A stretch of 64,000 nucleotides of DNA. Origin: Acidimicrobiia bacterium. GTDB lineage: Bacteria; Actinomycetota; Acidimicrobiia; Spongiisociales; UBA5794. The position numbers were made by a program, and so were the translations under genes. Under the pieces are notes generated by a model. It was given only the letters and a program-made list of their open reading frames with translations. It was not told the DNA's origin and did no database searches. Where the stretch lies: NCBI GenBank assembly GCA_030066755.1, contig JASJAX010000008.1, positions 13,958 to 77,957 of the forward strand, written 5' to 3'. Below, piece after piece: positions 58,861 through 64,000 of this stretch (position 1 is the first letter of the stretch; every line of letters starts with the position of its first letter).

Positions 58861-59618
58861 TTGCGGTTGCCGTCTCCGGAGCTGCAGGACGCATGGGGCG
58901 TCTGGTAGCGGAGACGGTCGCCGAGACCGACGGCCTCGATCTCATCGCATGTTTCGATCCCGGTGCGCCGGGAGACACCGTGGCGGGAACCCTCGTATCG
59001 GATGAACCCGGCGCGGTCGCAGACGCCGACGTGGTCGTCGAGTTCACCCAACCAGACGTCGTCATCGGAAATCTGACGGAGTGGCGCCGGCAAGGGGTCC
59101 ACGCCGTGGTCGGTACATCCGGATTCAACGATGAGCGATTGGCCGCTGTGCGCGCCATGTGGGGCGACGGTCCTCCGAACTGCATCATCGTGCCGAACTT
59201 CTCAATCGGAGCCGTCATGATGATGCGGCTCTCCGAGTTGGCCGCCCCGCACTTCCAGGCTGCGGAGGTCATCGAACTCCACCACGACAAGAAGGCTGAC
59301 GCCCCGTCCGGCACGGCGCTCAACACTGCGGCACGGATCGCGGCCGTTCAGGAGCAACAGCGGGCCGTCGAATCTCGTGAGCTCTCGACCGGCGCGCGAG
59401 GTGCCTCGGTCGACGACGTTCGGGTCCACTCGGTGCGTCTGCCCGGCTACGTGGCACACCAGGAGGTCATCTTCGGCGGAGTCGGCGAAACGCTGACGAT
59501 CCGCCACGACACGACGGATCGCCACTCGTTCATGCCGGGTGTGGTGCTCGCCGTGCGCCAGGTCGCGGGGCTCGACGAATCCGTGGTTGTTGGGCTCGAC
59601 GCCCTCCTCGGCATCTGA
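58857..59618 (+). CDS. dapB: 4-hydroxy-tetrahydrodipicolinate reductase
   Basis: ATGA overlap with the peptidase. DapB motifs (GAAGRMG, ELHHDKKADAPSGTA). Confidence 0.85.
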   Translation: MIAVAVSGAAGRMGRLVAETVAETDGLDLIACFDPGAPGDTVAGTLVSDEPGAVADADVVVEFTQPDVVIGNLTEWRRQGVHAVVGTSGFNDERLAAVRAMWGDGPPNCIIVPNFSIGAVMMMRLSELAAPHFQAAEVIELHHDKKADAPSGTALNTAARIAAVQEQQRAVESRELSTGARGASVDDVRVHSVRLPGYVAHQEVIFGGVGETLTIRHDTTDRHSFMPGVVLAVRQVAGLDESVVVGLDALLGI

Positions 59619-59682
59619 TCTGGCACATCTGACGCATTTGTAGGCTCCGTAGAACTTCCGAGACGCAACAACTGGAAGGCCC

Positions 59683-60537
59683 ATGGACCCGTTTCGCCAC
59701 TCCGCACTCGCTCGACTCATCGATGTGCGCTACGCCTCGAATCGATTCGTCGTCATGGCTGCCGTCCTCGGGGGAATGGTGGCGTTCGGCTATCGCTGGA
59801 TCTCCGACGGAGCCGATCCATTCCTTTGGGCCTTTCGCGTGGGTGCCGCCACGTTCCTCGGTTGGGCCATCGCCCGTGAGCTCGATCCAGACCACCCGGT
59901 GTCGGCCGGTGTCGCAGCGATCGTCGCTGCGGGCGCCGTTGCCTTCGGTGCCCCCGAGATCGGCGCCGTCGCCGGATTCCTGATCGCGTTCCGGATCGCC
60001 GCGCGCACCACCGGAATGAGCGCCCATCCATGGGAGCTGGCCCTCGTGGTCGGTTTCGCCGGCTACCTCGCCGCCGGGCCGGCTTCGTGGCCTGCAGCCA
60101 TTGCGCTCGTGGGCGCCTTGTGGATCGACGGGGGCCATGCCCACGTGCCGCACCCGCCGGCACGAATCGCTGCCATTGTCGCCGCGTTCGTGGTCATCGC
60201 CGTGGCCGTCTTCACCTTCCCAGCCGACGTCTCTGCCGACGGAGGGTGGCTTGCCTTGGCGCTACTTCTCGCCGGAGCGGTCCTGGCGGGTGTTGCCGCG
60301 GCTCGCCTCCGTACGCCCACATCGACGGGCGATCGAGACCGTCAACCACTGTCTCGTGGCCGGGTGGCTCAGGCTCGTGCCCTCGCCGGGATTGCTCTTG
60401 TCGTCGCAGCAGTCCTCATGCCGGCCGACCCCGCAGCGTACGGCCCCCTCCTCGCCGCAGTACTCGCCGTCGCCGCAGTGTCGTTCACAACGCGAACCGT
60501 GGTATCCGCTTCGGATCCGGCGCCGCACCTCAGCTAG
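59683..60537 (+). CDS. Hypothetical integral membrane protein
   Basis: Multiple hydrophobic helices; Ala/Gly-rich. Confidence 0.45.
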   Translation: MDPFRHSALARLIDVRYASNRFVVMAAVLGGMVAFGYRWISDGADPFLWAFRVGAATFLGWAIARELDPDHPVSAGVAAIVAAGAVAFGAPEIGAVAGFLIAFRIAARTTGMSAHPWELALVVGFAGYLAAGPASWPAAIALVGALWIDGGHAHVPHPPARIAAIVAAFVVIAVAVFTFPADVSADGGWLALALLLAGAVLAGVAAARLRTPTSTGDRDRQPLSRGRVAQARALAGIALVVAAVLMPADPAAYGPLLAAVLAVAAVSFTTRTVVSASDPAPHLS

Positions 60538-60559
60538 CGGTCTGGCTACTGGCGACTGA

Positions 60560-61393
60560 CTAGAACAACGCGTTCGCCAGCCGCCGCCGGTACGGCGCAG
60601 TCAACGGGTGTCCATCGCCGAGCACATCGAAGATGTCGAGCATCGCCTCACGGGCATCGTCCTTACGCTCACCCTTCGCCTCCACGACGGCAATCAGGTG
60701 ATCCAGTGCAGGCTCGTACTGGCCCTTTCCCGCAAGCGCGTTCGCCAGCGCGATGCGATCAGCATCGCTGCCGGATTCGGCGAGCTTGGCCTCGAGGTCG
60801 CCGATATCGCTCCCGCTCGTGGCAGCGAGTCGGGCCGCCGCCTGAAGGCGTTCGACCTCCGCAGTGGGTGCCAGCTTGCCGAGCACGATCAACGCTTCCT
60901 CGGTCTCGCCGCGGGTGATGAGAAGCGAAGCGAGACCGGTGCCGGCCTCGATGTGGTCGGGCTGCATCGTGAGCACGCCTCGGAACCGGTCTTCGGCCAT
61001 CGCGAGGTTGCCTTCGAGGACGGCGTCGCGGGCCTCGTCCACCATGTGATCGAGTTCTGACGGCAGGAGCTCGTCGAGCCACTGGCGGAAGGATTCCTCG
61101 GGGATAGCGCCCGTGAAATGCGACACCGGAGCCCCGTGTCGAAACCCAACGACCATCGGGATCCCTTGAACGCCAAACTGACCTGCGAGCTGCTGGTTGG
61201 CGTCGACGTCGACTTTGACGAGTTCGAACGCGCCGTCCATTTCGTCGGCAACTCGCTCGAGAATCGGTCCGAGGACTTTGCAGGGTCCACACCACTCGGC
61301 CCAGAAGTCGACGACCACCGGGACCTCTTGAGAACGCTGGAGGACCGCCTCTGGGAATTCTGCCGTGGAAACGTCGCGAACGTGTGTTGCCAT
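60560..61393 (-). CDS. Thioredoxin-domain plus TPR-repeat protein (YbbN/CnoX-like)
   Basis: WCGPCK active site followed by TPR-like repeats. Confidence 0.75.
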   Translation of the reverse strand: MATHVRDVSTAEFPEAVLQRSQEVPVVVDFWAEWCGPCKVLGPILERVADEMDGAFELVKVDVDANQQLAGQFGVQGIPMVVGFRHGAPVSHFTGAIPEESFRQWLDELLPSELDHMVDEARDAVLEGNLAMAEDRFRGVLTMQPDHIEAGTGLASLLITRGETEEALIVLGKLAPTAEVERLQAAARLAATSGSDIGDLEAKLAESGSDADRIALANALAGKGQYEPALDHLIAVVEAKGERKDDAREAMLDIFDVLGDGHPLTAPYRRRLANALF

Positions 61394-61445
61394 GGCCGGC
61401 AGGTTAGTGACGATACGGCACCAAAAAGCGCGCTGAGTGAGGCCG

Positions 61446-62384
61446 ATGAGCACTCCAGAATCACGGACCCCTGCTACCGTCGCACGTATGGAACATCGAC
61501 CCGACGCTCCCTTCGGCGACCTCCTCACCGCCGTACTCACACCCTTCGACGACAACGGTTCCGTCGACTACGCAACGTTCTGGAGATTGGTCAAGCACCT
61601 TGCCGAGAACGGATCAGATGGTCTCGTCATTGCCGGGACGACAGGCGAATCGCCCACACTGTCCCATGTCGAGAAGATCGCCCTGTTCAAGGCGGCAAAA
61701 GAGGCCGTTGGCGACCGCGTCAAGATCATCGCCGGGACGGGTACCTACAACACCAAAGTCTCGATCGAGCTCACCGAGCAGGCCGCTGAAGTCGGCTGCG
61801 ACGGGGTGATGGCCGTTACGCCCTATTACTCCAAGCCGCCGCAGGAGGGCATCTACCAACACTTCGTGGCGATCGCCGAGGCGACGGATCTCCCGGTCCT
61901 GCTCTACAACATCCCGGGTCGCACGGCCCGCCTGATCGACATCGAGACGCTCAGCCGGTTGGCAGAGCACCCGAAGATCCTCGCCGTGAAGGACGCCGTC
62001 GACGACCTCGAATGGACCGGGAAGGCCATCGCGGCGCTACCCGAGGGCTTTGCCGTCTACTCCGGATCGGACGGCATGACCAAGGGCATGCTCGATCTGG
62101 GCGGCGTCGGCGTGGTGTCGGTGGCGTCTCACCTCGCCGGCAACCACATCAAACGAATGGTGCAGGCCGCCAAGTCGGGCGACGACGACGAGGCCCAGCG
62201 ACTTCACGACGGGCTGTCCCCACTGTTCGATGCGCTGTTCCTCGAGCCCAACCCGATGCCGTTGAAGGCAGGGATGAACGCCCTCTGGGCGACCGTCGGT
62301 CAGCCGCGTTTGCCGTTGATCCCGGCCAGCGAGGAGACCGCAGCAAGCATCGAGCAAGCCATGGCAGCGGTCCAGGACCTGTGA
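61446..62384 (+). CDS. dapA: 4-hydroxy-tetrahydrodipicolinate synthase
   Basis: DapA motifs (GTTGES, catalytic lysine region ..KDA..). The start is ambiguous (GTG 61437, ATG 61446 or ATG 61488). Confidence 0.8.
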   Translation: MSTPESRTPATVARMEHRPDAPFGDLLTAVLTPFDDNGSVDYATFWRLVKHLAENGSDGLVIAGTTGESPTLSHVEKIALFKAAKEAVGDRVKIIAGTGTYNTKVSIELTEQAAEVGCDGVMAVTPYYSKPPQEGIYQHFVAIAEATDLPVLLYNIPGRTARLIDIETLSRLAEHPKILAVKDAVDDLEWTGKAIAALPEGFAVYSGSDGMTKGMLDLGGVGVVSVASHLAGNHIKRMVQAAKSGDDDEAQRLHDGLSPLFDALFLEPNPMPLKAGMNALWATVGQPRLPLIPASEETAASIEQAMAAVQDL

Positions 62385-62396
62385 CCCCTCTTCCGG

Positions 62397-62431
62397 CTCA
62401 CTCGCTACTCGCTCCTCGCTACTCGCCACTC
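62397..62431. repeat. Heptamer array GCTACTC-type x5 (reverse complement of GAGTAGC)
   Basis: Direct reading. It fills the dapA-rnj intergenic spacer. Confidence 0.85.
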
Positions 62432-62436
62432 ACCTC

Positions 62437-64000
62437 ATGACCGTTGGCGTCACCTTCCTCGGCGGTCTCGGCGAGATCGGGCGGAACTGCGCCACGATCG
62501 AGATCGACGGCAAGCTGGCTCTCCTCGACGTGGGGTTGATGTTCCCTGAGGAGGACATGCTCGGGGTCGACCTCGTGCTCCCCGACTTCAGTTCGGTGCT
62601 CGAGCGCCGCGACGACGTCGAGTGTGTGGTGCTCACGCATGGTCACGAGGATCACGTTGGAGCTCTGGCGTACTTCCTGCGCGAGGTCAACGTCCCGGTG
62701 TTCGGAACCCCGCTCGCAGTGCAGTTCGCCAGAAGTCGGGTTGAGGAAATCGGGGTCGCTCCCGACCTTCACGCCGTCGACTTCCGAGAATGGGTCGAGG
62801 TCGGACCGTTCAAGTTCACGCTCGTCCAGGTTGCTCACTCGACTCCCCAGGCCGCCGGCGTGGTGTTCGACACACCGGAAGGCATCGTCGTCCACTCCGG
62901 GGACTTCAAGCTCGACCCCACGCCGATCGACGGCCAACCGACCGACCTCGCAACGTTCGCCGGGTTCGGGAGGCAGGGTGTCCGGCTGCTGATGGTCGAC
63001 AGCACCAATGCGGAGCGGGAGGGATTCGTGCCCTCGGAAGCCTCGCTCGGTCCCACGTTGGCCGATCACGTGCGCGGTGCGGATGGCCGTGTGATCCTGG
63101 CGTGCTTCGCAAGTCACGTTCATCGCGTCCAGCAGGCAATCGATGCTGTTGTCGATTCCGGGCGCAAGATGGCGTTCCTCGGTCGCTCGATGCTCCGCAA
63201 CACCGAGATCGCTTCAGGACTCGATCTCCTCGATGTTCCCGACGACGCAGTCGTCACGATGGACGAACTGGTCGACCTCCCGCCGGAGGAAACGGCCGTG
63301 ATCTGCACGGGGAGCCAGGGCGAGCCGTTTGCTGCGTTGTCGCTGATGGCATCCGGCAACCATCGCTCGCTGCATCTCGATGCGTCCGACACCGTCATCA
63401 TCTCGGCGACGCCGATTCCGGGCAACGAGACCAAGGTCGGGCGGGTGATCAACAATCTCAGCCGCCTCGGCGTGACACTGTTCCACGGGCGCAACTCGCA
63501 TGTGCATGTCTCCGGGCACGCCGCCGCCGATGAGCTGAGGACGTTCATGAACGTCATCCAGCCGCAGGCGGTCGTCCCGGTGCATGGCGAGCATCGCCAC
63601 CTCCGAGCGAATGCGGCGCTTGCCCGTCAGGTCGGAGTACCCGAGGTGGAAGTGCTCGTCGACGGGGATCGGGTGGTGCTCGAGGACGGTGGATTGCGTG
63701 TGGAGCGCGGAGCGGTACCGGCCGGGTACGTGTACCTCGATGGATACGGCATCGGCGATGTCGAGAACGTGCTGCGCGACCGCCGGCATCTCGCCGACGA
63801 CGGGGTCGTCATTGTGACGGTCGGGATCGAAGTGTCGTCGGGCGAGATCGTCTTCGGTCCGGACGTCGACAGCCATGGCGTCAGCGACGAAACCAAGGAG
63901 ATCCACGCCGAGGTCGAGCGCAGCGTCACCGACTCGTTGTCCCAACTCGATCTCCCAACCGACCTGGACACCGTGCGCGCCCGAGTCCGCTCGTCCGCCG
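62437..64000 (+). CDS. rnj: Ribonuclease J (metallo-beta-lactamase / beta-CASP), 3'-truncated at the window end
   Basis: MTVGVTFLGGLGEIGRNC..THGHEDHVGAL signature. The frame stays open to the window end, which is why it is absent from the ORF track. Confidence 0.85.
   Translation, partial: MTVGVTFLGGLGEIGRNCATIEIDGKLALLDVGLMFPEEDMLGVDLVLPDFSSVLERRDDVECVVLTHGHEDHVGALAYFLREVNVPVFGTPLAVQFARSRVEEIGVAPDLHAVDFREWVEVGPFKFTLVQVAHSTPQAAGVVFDTPEGIVVHSGDFKLDPTPIDGQPTDLATFAGFGRQGVRLLMVDSTNAEREGFVPSEASLGPTLADHVRGADGRVILACFASHVHRVQQAIDAVVDSGRKMAFLGRSMLRNTEIASGLDLLDVPDDAVVTMDELVDLPPEETAVICTGSQGEPFAALSLMASGNHRSLHLDASDTVIISATPIPGNETKVGRVINNLSRLGVTLFHGRNSHVHVSGHAAADELRTFMNVIQPQAVVPVHGEHRHLRANAALARQVGVPEVEVLVDGDRVVLEDGGLRVERGAVPAGYVYLDGYGIGDVENVLRDRRHLADDGVVIVTVGIEVSSGEIVFGPDVDSHGVSDETKEIHAEVERSVTDSLSQLDLPTDLDTVRARVRSSA

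Noticed and set aside
449-62431. Heptamer repeat arrays as CRISPR arrays.
   Set aside because: The units are only 7 nt, are directly tandem with no unique spacers, and no cas genes are present. They are simple tandem repeats.
1-64000. Mobile elements, transposases, integrases, tRNA or rRNA genes.
   Set aside because: No ORF shows DDE, tyrosine-recombinase or serine-recombinase motifs, and no intergenic region has tRNA-like size or structure. None are called.

Overview
This is a high-GC (~68%) actinobacterial chromosomal segment; mycothiol-type, F420-type, Lhr-Nei and TrkAH genes all point that way. It is densely coding on both strands, and I annotate about 63 protein genes and no rRNA or tRNA. 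All family assignments come from reading the translated ORFs; no database search was possible.

The most interesting region is a 12-kb co-directional, partly translationally coupled cluster at 658-12871. It combines a barbiturase/cyanuric-acid-hydrolase-family ring-opening amidohydrolase, an FdrA + DUF1116 + DUF2877 trio (the oxamate-carbamoyltransferase-type module), a three-subunit xanthine-dehydrogenase-family molybdoenzyme (FAD, 2Fe-2S and Mo subunits), an unknown 252-aa protein, an SCP-x-type thiolase with its DUF35 partner, and a UraA-like uracil permease. I read this as a candidate oxidative pyrimidine (uracil to barbiturate to ureidomalonate) catabolic system with a non-canonical, possibly phosphorolytic, downstream branch.

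Other notable items:
- A GrdB-like selenoprotein gene (12941-13933) has an in-frame TGA in a UxxC context and a SECIS-like hairpin.
- A family of tandem heptanucleotide repeats (GTCNCAR/YTGNGAC and GAGTAGC/GACTGGC) occupies at least eight intergenic sites. At convergent gene pairs the arrays sit in inverted orientation.
- An AroQ (type II dehydroquinase) is fused to an alpha/beta-hydrolase.
- A CobS/CobT-like AAA+/VWA pair lacks cobN.
- There is a conserved lhr-nei DNA-repair operon.

The rest is housekeeping or accessory content: TrkAH, three ABC exporters, serC, an aminotransferase, dapA, dapB, RNase J, hpt, arfB and others. Many long ORFs in the supplied track are antisense shadows of real genes and were rejected.
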